NCBI RefSeq assembly: GCF_006345805.1
Contig: NC_042999.1
Coordinates: forward strand, 151,063,001-151,096,000
Direction of reading: 5' to 3'
From: Octopus sinensis
Taxonomy: Eukaryota
DNA: 33,000 bases
Shown one piece after another: positions 20,402 through 32,136 of this stretch. How positions within the stretch are numbered: position 1 is the first letter of the stretch; the number at the start of each line of letters is the position of its first letter. The notes under the pieces were generated by a model. The model saw only the letters and a program-made list of their open reading frames with translations, did not search any database and had not been told where the DNA came from. A program made the position numbers and the translations under genes.

Positions 20402-20907
20402 ATTATTATTATTATTATAACAAAAATATGGACAACATGAAAGCAAATATAAGAATCTCAATGATTTTCAATGTATTTTTGTTATTTTGCCAACTCAATC
20501 AATAAATAAATAAGCGTTCTAAAACCCATGAACTATTTGATATTGATTGCTAGCCAAGCAATACAGCGTTGCTTATGAATAAATATGTAAACAGAACTTA
20601 CATCCATATGTATTTAATTGCGTTATGAAATTAGGTTTCGCGGTTATTCATAGGAATGGGGTTAGTTTTACGTATTTTGTAGGGCGGCTTGGAGTGAGGA
20701 CTGACCCGATTCCGTAGTTAAGCAGTCTAAACCTCGGAGGTTTTTTTTTTTTATTTCACAGCGAGATTAAATAAATATGGATATAACACAGCGTAACTAT
20801 TTATTTATTTATTCATGAGCAATTGATCTAACCTTTCTGTTTTTATTTACCGTTATCAGCATTGTCTTTCGTTACACCTATATAACCTTTTCACTGCAGT
20901 GCGCTCG

Positions 20908-21037
20908 ATGCTGCTACTGCTGCTGCTGTTGTTGTTGCTGCTGTTGCCATTGTCGACGTCGTCATCGTCATCTCCGTCGTTACCGCCGCCGCCACCCCGC
21001 CGCCGCCACCGCCGCCGCCCCGCCGCCGCCGCCCACC

Positions 21038-21103
<66 letters not shown>

Positions 21104-21305
21104 GCCGCCACCGCCGCCGCCACCACCGCCGCTGCCGCCGCCGCCACCGCGGCCACCGCGTCCATCACGTCCATCACCACCGCCACCGCCACCGCCACCA
21201 CCGCCGCCACCGCCGCCGCTACCGCGGCCACCGCCGCGGTCACCACCGCCGCCACCGCCACTGCCACGGCCACCACCGCCGCCACCACCACCACCGCTGC
21301 CGCCA
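20908..21305. repeat. GC-rich trinucleotide tract (CTG/TTG, then CCG/CCA mosaic)
   Basis: About 320 bp of GCC/ACC units from 20983, preceded by CTG/TTG/TCG units. Confidence 0.92.
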
Positions 21306-21479
21306 CTGCAATTGTTATTGTTCTGTTTCAAGCCAACTCTGGTTGAGCAGACATATAACAAACTGCGTTCCAACCGTGACCGTCCATTTCTTTTTCTGAC
21401 CTCTTTTACCTGGACTCAGCACTGGATTAGCCATCATGCAAAATAACCACGAGCTTAGGGCACCAAGGGAAGGGAGAGA

Positions 21480-21805
21480 GAGCAACAGGGAAATGGTAAA
21501 TAGTTTTCGGCACAAAAGACAGGACGAGAGGCAAAGTAAACCACGACGTCATTCGAGCTGGGAACGTAAAGGCGGAAGAAACGACGCTGAATATTTTGTC
21601 CAACGACCTGCACAAATGATTTGTTTATACTGATCAAATGTTCGTGCCGCACATTAGCTCACTTTCTCCATCAATTCGATGTTATCTGAACAGGTGCGCT
21701 GTGTGTCACGCGACAGGTGTCGAAGTGATCGCAGAGTAACGTGAGAGTAAGTGTTTTGTTGAAGAATATAACGATCTACACGGTTTAGGAATTAAAACCA
21801 CGATA
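21480..21805 (-). mobile_element. Two degenerate SINE remnants (family A-like, then a CORE-like SINE)
   Basis: AGGACGAGAGGCAAAGTAAACC resembles family A. The reverse complement of 21720-21800 resembles a CORE-type head/domain. Confidence 0.45.
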
Positions 21806-22039
21806 CATACATACACAAGTATATATTGTATATATACGTATGTATATTTTTATAGGTAGGTATTTTCCCCATATATATGTGTGTGTGTGTGTGTGTGTGT
21901 TTTATATTTATATATACATAATTAAATTCTAGGAGAAGTCAAAGGTACAATATAACTAATTCCGTATGTTTACAGCTGTTTCATATTTCCCATTCAGTTA
22001 CATCATTTACGCTGATTTTATATAAATGAATATATATGT

Positions 22040-22260
22040 ATATATATAAAATATAAATGGGTAACAGTAATGTACAGATGTAAGCCTATTAGGGTAATTT
22101 CTAATGACTTCTTTAATTGATTATAAAGAAACCGTTTTCGTCAGATAGTTTCTTCAGAAGAAAGGACATTCAAAATGATTTAACAAAGTTTAAAATCCAC
22201 GGAGCAAAATACATACACACACTTGAGCATATAGGTGCAAACCAAGATGGGGGAAATTGT
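22040..22260 (-). mobile_element. Probable PLE terminal fragment with decayed hammerhead-like motif (22128-22157)
   Basis: Minus strand CTGAAGA-AACTATC-TGAC-GAAA-ACGGT-TT resembles the 15162-15203 motif and is followed by TA-rich sequence. Confidence 0.4.
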
Positions 22261-23035
22261 ACTCGGATACGAAAGGTAGATTGAAATATAGTGTTTTATT
22301 GAAAATGGAAAACGTCGTAAACGATTACTCAGAGTTTCACGCAAGCGATCATCAGAAACAAGTGTTGCGTCTGATGATAGGTTACGCGAAATCTGAATAA
22401 TTGTCTGACGAAGCGCTTACACATCCATGAACCTCCTGACTAATATCCATGTAATTCCCCCACACTCTCTCTCCCTCCCTCCACAGACATACACACAGGT
22501 ATATATGTAGATTGGTACTGCCCAGATGTCGAAATTATAATGATATCTGTTAGGCAGCTGAAGATGAGATGTATCCGTTTGAGATGCCTATTTGTCTGTG
22601 TTGTTGACTGTAAAGCATTTGTATCTTGTGTTCTCATTGTTGTTCTTCATTGAGATTCTATTTTTTTGTTTGTAGGGTTCATCATGTTTAGGGATTTCTT
22701 CGTTTCTTAGTTTTTATGGAGATTTTATTGTATGGGTTATACATTGATATTCTGTGATTGTCTTTCAGTCGGATTCTAATTCTGTTAAGTGTTATACTTC
22801 TTTAGGGATTTATAGTATATGGACATTTTATTGCATATATATGCTTGTATGGAAGCATATACAAGATTTGTATAGTAGTCACTACGCTTAAGAGAAAAAT
22901 GCAATCTGCTTTACTCCCGAATGTTATCAATTATTTTAGAGGAATTTGCATTGGTAGTTTTTAAACAATTTCCGATCGATTCTTTTCTCTGGTGGCTGGA
23001 TTTCAAGAACTGATGCTTATAAGTTAATATGTGAA
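22260..23035 (-). mobile_element. Highly decayed Penelope-like fragment (RT thumb/linker) with terminal hammerhead-like motifs
   Basis: SSHQRKESIGNCLKTTNANSS..E*SRLHFSLKRSDYYTNLVYASI resembles the PLE thumb (SxHP..K.SI..L..ISS..E..L...L..xGYP..L). CPY..LNRIRIRLKD..YNPYNKI is linker-like. Many stops. Confidence 0.5.
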
Positions 23036-23039
23036 GACC

Positions 23040-23220
23040 ATACATACATGCATACATGCATACATACATACATACATACATACATACATACATACATACA
23101 CCACACACACGCACACACACACACACATATATATGTATATATATATAAGCACAAAGCTCAGGCAACTTACATAGTATGAAAAACATAAACATATGCAGGT
23201 ATATTACACACACGCGCAAA

Positions 23221-23290
<70 letters not shown>

Positions 23291-23300
23291 CATACATACA
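23040..23300. repeat. Compound microsatellites (TACA)n/(CA)n/(TCTA)n
   Basis: Directly visible. Confidence 0.93.
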
Positions 23301-23336
23301 TTCATGTACACACACAAAAACACACATACTTTTACC

Positions 23337-23522
23337 ATTTTACTCTTTTACTTGTTTCAGTCGTTTGACTGCGGCCATGCTGGAGCACCGTCTTTAGTCG
23401 AAAGAATCGGCCCCAAGACTTATTCGTCGTAAGCCTAGTACTTATTGTATCGTTTTCCTTTACCGAACCGCCATGTTATGGAGACCTAAACACACCACAT
23501 CGGTTGTCAAGCGATGGTGGGA

Positions 23523-23589
<67 letters not shown>

Positions 23590-23690
23590 CATACGATGGG
23601 CTTGTTTCAGTTTCCGTCAACGAAATCCATTAACAAGGCTTTGGTCTGCTCGCTGCTACAGTAGAAGACACTTGCCCAAGGTGCCACGAC
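23337..23690 (-). mobile_element. SINE family B, 5'-truncated, with internal (CA)/(TA) microsatellite
   Basis: Reverse complement of 2976-3395 lacking the tRNA head. Confidence 0.83.
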
Positions 23691-23799
23691 GTATTATGAC
23701 ACAAACACACACACACATTAATGTTTATTTGTATATCGACTCATAATAAAACTAATTGAACATTAAACTGAAAAATTACTCAATGCGTTTTCTAGAGTA

Positions 23800-24117
23800 A
23801 CGATAAACGTCGCCCTTTTCAAGCCTAGCCAGGCTCATGGGCCCGGTTTCCCGCTTTTTGTGGCGTATGTGTTCCCCCCAGCTAGATGGGACGCCAGTCC
23901 ATCGCAGCGTTACTCAAGAAACAGGAAGAGAGAGTGAGAGAAAGTTGTGGCGAAAGAGTACAACAGGGGTCACCACCACCCCTGCCGGAACCTCGTGGAG
24001 CTTTTTAGGTGTTTTTACTCAATAAACACATACACATAACGCCCGGTCTGGGAATCGAAACTGCGATCCTCCGACTACAAGTCCGCTGCCCTACCACGGG
24101 GCCATTGCACCTCCACA
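23800..24117 (-). mobile_element. tRNA-derived SINE family E with 12-bp TSD
   Basis: Head GGAGGTGCAATGGCCCCGTGGTAGG..GTTTCGATTCC; tail shared with family D; TSD TTTTCTAGAGTA at 23788-23799 and 24118-24129. Confidence 0.85.
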
Positions 24118-24221
24118 TTTTCTAGAGTACATATTTGTTATTCACTTACAAGGGACAGTGACTTCGAGGAAGGTTTGCAGGCGGAAACTTTGCAGTCACT
24201 ATCACTTGTAAACATATTTTA

Positions 24222-24890
<669 letters not shown>

Positions 24891-25539
24891 GCAGCTACAT
24901 TCAGACACACGTAAATGTATGCATGCATACATATATACATGTAGGTATGCATATAAGCTTACTTTTACACCCACCCACCCACACACACACGTACGTATAC
25001 ATACGTACATACATATTACAGACATGTGTATGCATATTACAAGATCGATTGCACGGGACGCTGAGCGCATGTATAGTAGAGAGCGAAAAAAAGAAGAATT
25101 TACTTCTTCCCAAACCTTTCCTTTGCCTCTTATTTTCTATGCTGCCGCGCAATTGAGCAATCTCATCTCATTGATATGAAAAATGAGAGAAAAGATAAAA
25201 AGGACGGAAAAAAAGCTTCAGAAATTGCAACGATACAGGATAGGCTTAAAGCCGTCATTATTTTCCTGTCAGTAAAAAACAAAATCAACAATACCTAGAA
25301 TTGCATGAGCAAGAACAGTAACAGCAACAATGAAATCATTTATATTCAGAACTATAATGGCAAAGAGCTGACCTTTTGGCAAGATGTATGAGCATATATT
25401 ATTTGAAAAATCCAATCTTGTTGCTTTGTATGAAGAGGAATAGTTAAAAGCCCGGACGTAGTTTTTCGGTAGTTTTGCAACATTTAAAATGGTGTCTGGT
25501 TGGGATTAATATTGGTTCGGGAATCAATAAAATAAACGC

Positions 25540-25656
25540 AGTCAATTGGTGGAACCGTTTGAGTGTTGAATAGAATGCATGAGGTTCAGTATTCATTCTG
25601 GCTCTGTATTTTGAGTTCAAATCCCACTGAATCCAACTTTTTCATTCATCCTTTCT
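25540..25656 (+). mobile_element. Degenerate family A-like SINE head; its domain resumes at ~26345 (CAGGGGTCGATAAATAAG)
   Basis: TTTTGAGTTCAAATCCC..TTCATCCTTTC, then interrupted by ~690 bp. Confidence 0.5.
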
Positions 25657-26029
25657 TGTACCTGCGGCGGTATTAACTTGAGGTGTGTTAAGCTAGCTCT
25701 GACGAACAAGTTCACCACGTCCCTCACGAATACTGATCACATTCGACGGTCGGTCCAAACGCTCCAGCAGGGAAAGTAATGCTTCTGCCAGCGGCGACCC
25801 AAAAGTCCAGCTTCCAAATTTGACAAAAGTCCCACTAAGAGAACAAGCGCATCGGATAGCGTGGACGTCGTAACCATAGTTATCATTCGTTGTTGAGGAA
25901 CAGAGTTTATGATCGGAGTTTCAGTGGGAATACAAGTCCACACGTGGTTTCTGATCACATGCATACATACTTTTGGATTGTGTAATCCATAACCGCTCAT
26001 TTTGCTGTCGATTGTCGACCTCGCTGACC

Positions 26030-26332
26030 AAGTCATCGCCGAATGTCGGAGAAGATATATAGCCTGGATTTGAAGCAAGTGATACACATGCCAAGACCCT
26101 AATAGGTGCTACTATTCCAGGTCAGAGTAAGTCATCGCCGAATGTCGGAGAAGATATAGCCTGGATTTGAAGCAAGTGGTACACATGCCAAGACCCTAAT
26201 AGTTGCTACTATTCCAGGTCAGAGTAGACCTTAGAACAATAGCGGTTAAGAGGAGGTTCCACACTCTTCAGAACCCTGGAATTCTTCGTACCAAAGCCCC
26301 TTTACCGGATGCAGTTTAAAGTTTTACCCAAA
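26030..26332 (+). mobile_element. RTE-like 3' UTR fragment with a 99/97-bp tandem duplication (26030-26128 / 26129-26225)
   Basis: The duplication is directly visible (2 substitutions, one TA indel). The RTE assignment rests on remembered similarity of GCTACTATTCCAGGTCAGAGT..ACCGGATGCAGTTTA. Confidence 0.55.
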
Positions 26333-26560
26333 CGTTTCCCTCCCTTCAGGGGTCGATAAATAAGGCACTTCTTTTAATCATTTATTACTTTGAATCTTGT
26401 CTCTCTTTACATTTACCCTCGGAAAAAAATGTAGTTGTGATGAGTTTAGTGGAAAGATTAGAAGAAACGCAGTATATCATGACAGCGCATCCCTGACGTC
26501 ATCAAGAGTTGAAAACTCTATGTAAAACTAAACAAGTACCAGTAATACGCTATCGCTGAT

Positions 26561-27081
26561 TTAATCCATTGCATGCCATGAGTCCTATTTGGGGATCTAC
26601 TAAAAACAGACTCACTGTCGGTTGTTCGTTGAATTTAAAGTGAATTGCTTATGTATATTGCATTTTCAGAGGTGTGTTTAACAGTATTTAATAGTTAAAG
26701 TTTGTCATTATTAGCTCTGGTTAATTCTAGAGAATATTTTATGTCATAAATCGCAAATTTTGAACTCCAAAAATATACTGTTTTGAAAACGTTTTCTTTT
26801 TTTTGCATTTCCCATTCATATCATTCATTGATATTTCATGCACATTCGCAGTTTATACTATAGTTTCAATCTTTTGGGGGTATATTGTTTATTATTGCAA
26901 TTGAGTAGAAAAGGATAAATATGCTTTTTTTTCAGCGATCCTCATTTGGGACTGTACGAAAAATATATCATAATTCCCCAAATAATTCACATATGAAGAT
27001 AATTTGAATACTATATATTATTTTAACTCCTGGCAAAGCCAAAATATATGAATTAAAAAAATTTGGCAGTTAATGGGTTAA
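26561..27081. mobile_element. Possible piggyBac-like MITE (TTAA ends, degenerate 13-bp TIR)
   Basis: TTAA-TCCATTGCATGCC ... GGCAGTTAATGGG-TTAA; TIR identity only 9/13. Confidence 0.3.
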
Positions 27082-27184
27082 TTAATTGTTGTGCTATACT
27101 TGCTATAACATTGGTTGTTATTGTTGCTGTTGTTGTGGTTCACTCCGAAGTCATTCTTGATCGGGCATGCATATGATCGAGAGT

Positions 27185-27613
27185 ATCTACAATAATAATA
27201 CTCCTGTGTCTTTCTCCGTCACAACATATGAAGGAAAAAGGAAGAGGTGATAGATGAATAAGAAGGAAAGGGTGAAAAAAAATCAAACAGCTTATCAACT
27301 TTGTATGAGTATATGTGTGTGTATGTATGTAAAAGGGAGGTATGTGAATGTTTGTGTGTGTGTGTGTGTGTGTGTGCACGCAATGGAGGTGGGATGGTGA
27401 ACATTCAATGCTGAAAAGAAAATTCAAACAGCGTTTCAACTCTGTGTGAGTATATGTGTATGTGTGTGCGTGTACAAGGGAAGTGTGTGAATGTCTGTAT
27501 GTGTCACATCTCAAAATACAACCACTAAATAACATCGAGAAGTGCATTCATTTGAATTACCATTCATATTCTACATTTTGTCCTTATTTCTGACGGCACG
27601 GGGCCAGATAGTA
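27185..27613 (-). mobile_element. Non-autonomous Helitron/Helentron-like element, copy 1
   Basis: Inverted homolog of 31268-31737. 5' TACTA(G/T)CTGGCCCCGTGCCGTCA, internal CA-rich tandem module, 3' TTATT(G/A)TAGA(T). Confidence 0.55.
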
Positions 27614-27637
27614 CCTATAATATCAGTGAAGCTATAA

Positions 27638-27944
27638 TAGCTTAGTGGTTAGGGCATTCGGCTCACGATTGGTAGGTCGTGAGTTCGATTCCTGGAAGCG
27701 CATTGTGTCCTTGAGCAAGACTTTATTTCACGTTGCTCCAGTCCACTCAGCTGGTGAAAATAAGTTGTACCTATAACTCAAAGGGCCTTGTCACATTCTA
27801 TGTCACGCTGAATCTCCCTGAGAACTACGTTAAAGGTACGCGTATTTGCGGGGTACTCAGCCACTTGCACGTTAATTTCACGTGCAAGCTGTTCGTTGAT
27901 CAGGAAAACTGAAATACTCGCCGTCGAAACCAGCGAAATGCCAG
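27638..27944 (+). mobile_element. SINE family C, near full length
   Basis: TAGCTTAGTGGTTAG A-box, GAGTTCGATTCC B-box, CORE-like domain; tail matches 8736-8944. Confidence 0.85.
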
Positions 27945-27949
27945 TTCAA

Positions 27950-28290
27950 CTTCAACATCAAAAAGATATTCAGCTCAAACGACATAACACTGCATCTAAA
28001 ATTGAGGGTTAGTAAAATATATGATGTCCATTGTTGTCTGCAGAACAGAAACTTGGACAATGTACAGAGCCATACAAAAGAAGATAAGCGAGAAGAATAA
28101 CCTAGAAAGACAGGATAACAAATGCTGCAGAACTTGAAAAGCTGAAAGTCTAAAAGCACCTATTATTGACGAGAATCAAATCCACAAAGTTATCATATTT
28201 TGGATATACAATGTACCACGATCCATTGCCTAAGACCATTCTGATAGAAAATGTTGAGAGAAAAAGAGCAAAAGGCTGTCAAAGACGTTT
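27950..28290 (+). mobile_element. Decayed RTE-clade LINE C-terminal fragment
   Basis: KKIFSSNDITLHLKLRV..SIVVCRTETWTM..KKI..IT*KDRITN..LLTRIKSTKLSYFG..LPKTIL..VERKRAKGCQRR across frameshifts. Confidence 0.75.
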
Positions 28291-28400
28291 TAGTTCTTTC
28301 TTTCGTCATTATTTTTCTTTTCTTCCTTTATTTTTTCTTGTCTTCATTTTCTCTTTTCTGCCTTCATTTCTTTCTTTCTTCATTCCTTCCTTCATTTCTC

Positions 28401-28464
<64 letters not shown>

Positions 28465-28640
28465 TCCCTCCCAGTCTATCACTTTGCTTCTTCCTTCTCA
28501 TCCCCACTTCCTTCTCTTCCTCACTCCCTTCCTTCCTTATCTCCTCCTCCTTCTCCCCCTTTCCTTCTTTCTTTTCTTCCTTCCTTTTTCCCTTCCTTCT
28601 TCTTCTTCCCTTCCATTCTTCCGTTGCCGATGTCCATCTT
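28290..28640. repeat. Polypyrimidine tract including (TTTC)n at ~28385-28465
   Basis: Directly visible. Confidence 0.93.
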
Positions 28641-29329
28641 TCCCTTCCAACATTTCGTCATCACAAGACATTCTACAAAACAACTAATTATTCAACTAAT
28701 TTTTGTTTCTCGTCCATCCACGCCCACCACCACCAACACCATCACTATCACCACCGCATCCATTGTTTCTCTCTTCCCCTTCAAAAATAACAATTCTCCT
28801 CTTCCACCACCACCGCCGCCATCACCAACCAAACACCACCACTATCATTATTTCTTAATCTTTCCTAGAATTAATTACCCATTGCAGGTGGGTTTTTTAT
28901 CAGAAATAATATCAATTTCTGAAGCTACAGAAACGACAAAACCAAATACGATACATGTGAAATATAACACAATGTAGTTGTTGTTGATGATGATGATGGG
29001 AAGATATTTTTAAACAAAACAAAAACAAAAAAGATATAATCAAATAATTAAATAAAAAAATGAATAAATAAATAGAAGTTATCCATTTTGACAGATTTCA
29101 ATGGCGGTATTGTTTGGTTGGTGAATTGGCAGAAATATTAAACCAACAGGTTTATATTAATTCACTCTCTTTCTTTCTCTCCCTTTTTCTCACCCTCTCT
29201 GTTTTTCTCTTTTTCTTTTTCCGCTCAAACACTCTCCCACCATGCCCTCGCTTTATATCACTACCTCTTTCTTTCCTTCTCTAAGTGGGAGTGCTTCTCG
29301 ATTAAATATGGAAGTCGTATTTCAGGTAA

Positions 29330-29615
29330 ATGTTGTTGTTTAGCATCGTCGACATCATCATCATCGTCATCATCATAGTCGTGATCATCGTCAACATCGT
29401 CATCGTCATCATTATCACCGTCTTTGCCATCTTTGTCATCATTTCTGTTGTCATCGCCGTAGTCATGGTCGTTTTCGTTATTGTCATCATTATATTCTTT
29501 ATGATTACCACTTGTGTCCAAAAATAAATAACCACAACACTAGCAACAAACAATAACAACGACAACAACCATACAACAACTAAGAGAATCAAAAACAACA
29601 ACAACAACAACAAAT
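29330..29615. repeat. Degenerate (TCA/TCG)n then (CAA)n trinucleotide low-complexity region
   Basis: Directly visible. Confidence 0.88.
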
Positions 29616-29764
29616 CCATTGTCGCAACAAATGAATTTCAAATTTCGAAAATGATAGAATCAAAACTCTAACAATGGTCATATTTTGAGTCTTGTTATCA
29701 TCCAAGAATTAGCCTCGAACGAGATGCACCAGGAGAGTATTTTCAAAACTGTCATCATCCACAG

Positions 29765-30420
29765 TGCTTCTTTGCTTTGCTTCTTGCTTCATGCTCTTGT
29801 TTGATGGGGTTGGGGTTATCTCAGGTTAGTGGTCCCAGAGACATCATCATACATAGAGCCAACCAGGTTCACCAGTGCCCTCCATTGCTGGCGGTTCCGT
29901 GCCAGTCTCTCTGCATCCTCCTAAGTAAGGTCCAGCCTCTGGAGATCTTCCCCAATCATGTCCAGCAATCTGGTGCGGGGCCTGCCTCGAGGCCTCTTCC
30001 AACCCGGAGCTGCTACGTCGAATGAGAGTAAAGCCCTGGTAGGATGATCTAGCGGGAGATGGAGGACATGTCCGTAGCAGAGCACGCAACGGATAACTAT
30101 GAGACGAGTGGCTGTGGGCTGATGCGTGCGCGCATGCAGTTCTTTGTTGGAAACGTGATGGTACCATCTGATGCTCTCAGTGGTTCTCTGGGCTCTGCTA
30201 TCGAGGTCAGCGATCCTCTTTGTCAGGGTCTTCGAGAGGGGCCACGTTTCTGCACTATGGAGGAGAATGGAGAGGGCTGATGCAGCTGGTCGATCAAGCT
30301 GCTCAATAGGGCGGTATCGTCCGGATTGCGCCCCCAAAAAGGAATGTGTCACATTACTGCATCGAAGAATCCCAAAACATAACCCACTGAATTGGGACAT
30401 CAAAGCTTAATTAAGCTTAT
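29765..30420 (-). mobile_element. RTE-clade LINE 3' end (5'-truncated)
   Basis: SILLHSAETWPLSK..RWYHHVSN..YGHVLHL..GWKRPRGRPRT..GEDL..*EDAERLARNRQQWRALV; short UTR and (GCAA/GAA)-type tail. Confidence 0.88.
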
Positions 30421-30649
30421 TTCTTTGCAGCACAGAATCAAGAACCAAGAAGCAGGGACTTCGATATAATGTAGTGTAACAAAATGAAGAATTTGGAACT
30501 GACATCCAAATGACCAAATGGTAGGACGTGGAGGGGAGTGGTGTGAGACGATTGGGCGCAGCTGTTTAGGCAATGGTGATTTGGCACTGTTATATGAACT
30601 TTCAGCCTGTTTTGGTGATGACAGATTTTGTTGTTGGAGACAAACACTG

Positions 30650-30962
30650 GGACTCCGTCGGTTACGACGACGTGCGTTCCAGTTGATGCGATCAACGGAA
30701 CAGCCTGCTTGTGAAATTAACGTGCAAGTAGCATGCTACACGGAAGCGTACCCATCACGTAGTTCTCATGGCAATTCAGTACGTAGACAGAATGTGACAA
30801 GGCTGGTCGTTTGAAATACAGGTAGAACTCATTTTTGTTAGTTGAGTGGACTGGAGCAACTTGAAATAAAATGTCTTGTTCAAGGACACAACACGCCGCC
30901 GGAAATCGATCTCACGACCTTAAGATCGTGAGCTGAATACTAACCACTAAACCACGCACCTT
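30650..30962 (-). mobile_element. SINE family C
   Basis: Reverse complement of 27638-27944. Confidence 0.83.
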
Positions 30963-30972
30963 CATAGAAGCA

Positions 30973-31012
<40 letters not shown>

Positions 31013-31044
31013 ACACACACACACACACATACATACATACATTT

Positions 31045-31150
31045 ACACGTCAGCTTCCTTTCAGTTTCCGTTTACCAAATTCACTCACAAGAGGGCAGCA
31101 GCAAACGGACACTTGCCCAGGTGCTGCTTAGCAGGAATGAATCACAGTCC
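31045..31150 (-). mobile_element. SINE family B 5'-half remnant next to (CA)n at 30975-31040
   Basis: TTTCAGTTTCCGTTTACCAAATTCACTCACAAG..ACACTTGCCCAGGTG. Confidence 0.65.
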
Positions 31151-31267
31151 TTCAAAAACAGAATTAGTTAAGCTTTTAATAACGACCCAACCAGAAGTAT
31201 ACAAAAGGACAAAACGTCGCCATCCTGATGATGTTGAGGAATTTATTAAAATGAGAATTTATTTTCA

Positions 31268-31476
31268 TACTAGCTGGCCCCGTGCCGTCAAAAATGACAG
31301 CTAATTGCAGTATTTTATATATAAATAAGGTACATAATAATCAGATTCAAACATTCACATACTTCCCTTGTACACACATATACTCACACAGAGTTGAAAC
31401 GCTGTTTGATTTTTCTTTTCAGCGTTGAAAGTTCACCATCCCACTTCTATTGCACACGAACACACACGCACACACG

Positions 31477-31524
<48 letters not shown>

Positions 31525-31737
31525 CACACACACATTCACATACCTCTCTTTTACACATACACACATATACTCACGCAGAGTTGAAATGCTGTTTGATTCT
31601 TTTTTTTCACCGTTGAACTTCTATTATCCCACTACCAAGTTTGCAATCACCCCTTCTTCCTTAGTCATCTATCACCCCTTTCTTTCTCATTCATATGTTG
31701 TGACGGAGAAATACACAAGAATATTATTATAGTAGAA
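31268..31737 (+). mobile_element. Non-autonomous Helitron/Helentron-like element, copy 2
   Basis: Starts TACTAGCTGGCCCCGT, followed by hairpin GCCGTCA-AAAA-TGACAGC; two internal modules (ACATTCACATAC..GAGTTGAAAYGCTGTTTGA); ends ATTATAGTAGA. Confidence 0.55.
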
Positions 31738-31859
31738 TTATTCCTGGTCGACACCTGGATGTTACTATTTCAAGTTCTAGAACTCAGAGATCCAGTTTCC
31801 TCAAATTCCATGGCGAATAAATGATCAAAATCATAACATTTGGTCTGAATGAGGAGCCA

Positions 31860-32015
31860 GTCTGTTGCAGGGTTTCTCATTTATAGCCAAATGGACTGGA
31901 ACAACGCGAAATGAAGTGATTTGCTCAAGAACACAACCTACCACCCGGTTCGAGAATCGAAATCACGACCTTCCGATCGCGAGTGCAACACTCTAATTAC
32001 TGGGCTACGCTTTCA
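31860..32015 (-). mobile_element. CORE-type SINE head/domain (family C/D-like)
   Basis: TTGCTCAAGAACACAA..GAGAATCGAAATCACGACC..TAATTACTGGGCTA is the reverse complement of a tRNA-like head plus CORE domain. Confidence 0.7.
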
Positions 32016-32136
32016 CGAGAAATTCGGAATCTGTAATAAATAAACCGCAATTATGTTGGCGACTGGATTAGTATTTGATACACGACGGAACTGTGTGGGA
32101 GTAGTAGGTGATATGAAGGGAAGAAATCTCTTATTT

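Noticed and set aside
20891-21399. Poly-Gly / poly-Arg / poly-Ala ORFs in three frames
   Set aside because: Stop-free by composition of the CCG/CCA tract; no flanking coding evidence.
25737-26087. 116-aa minus ORF
   Set aside because: No recognisable domain; runs into the duplicated UTR-like repeat.
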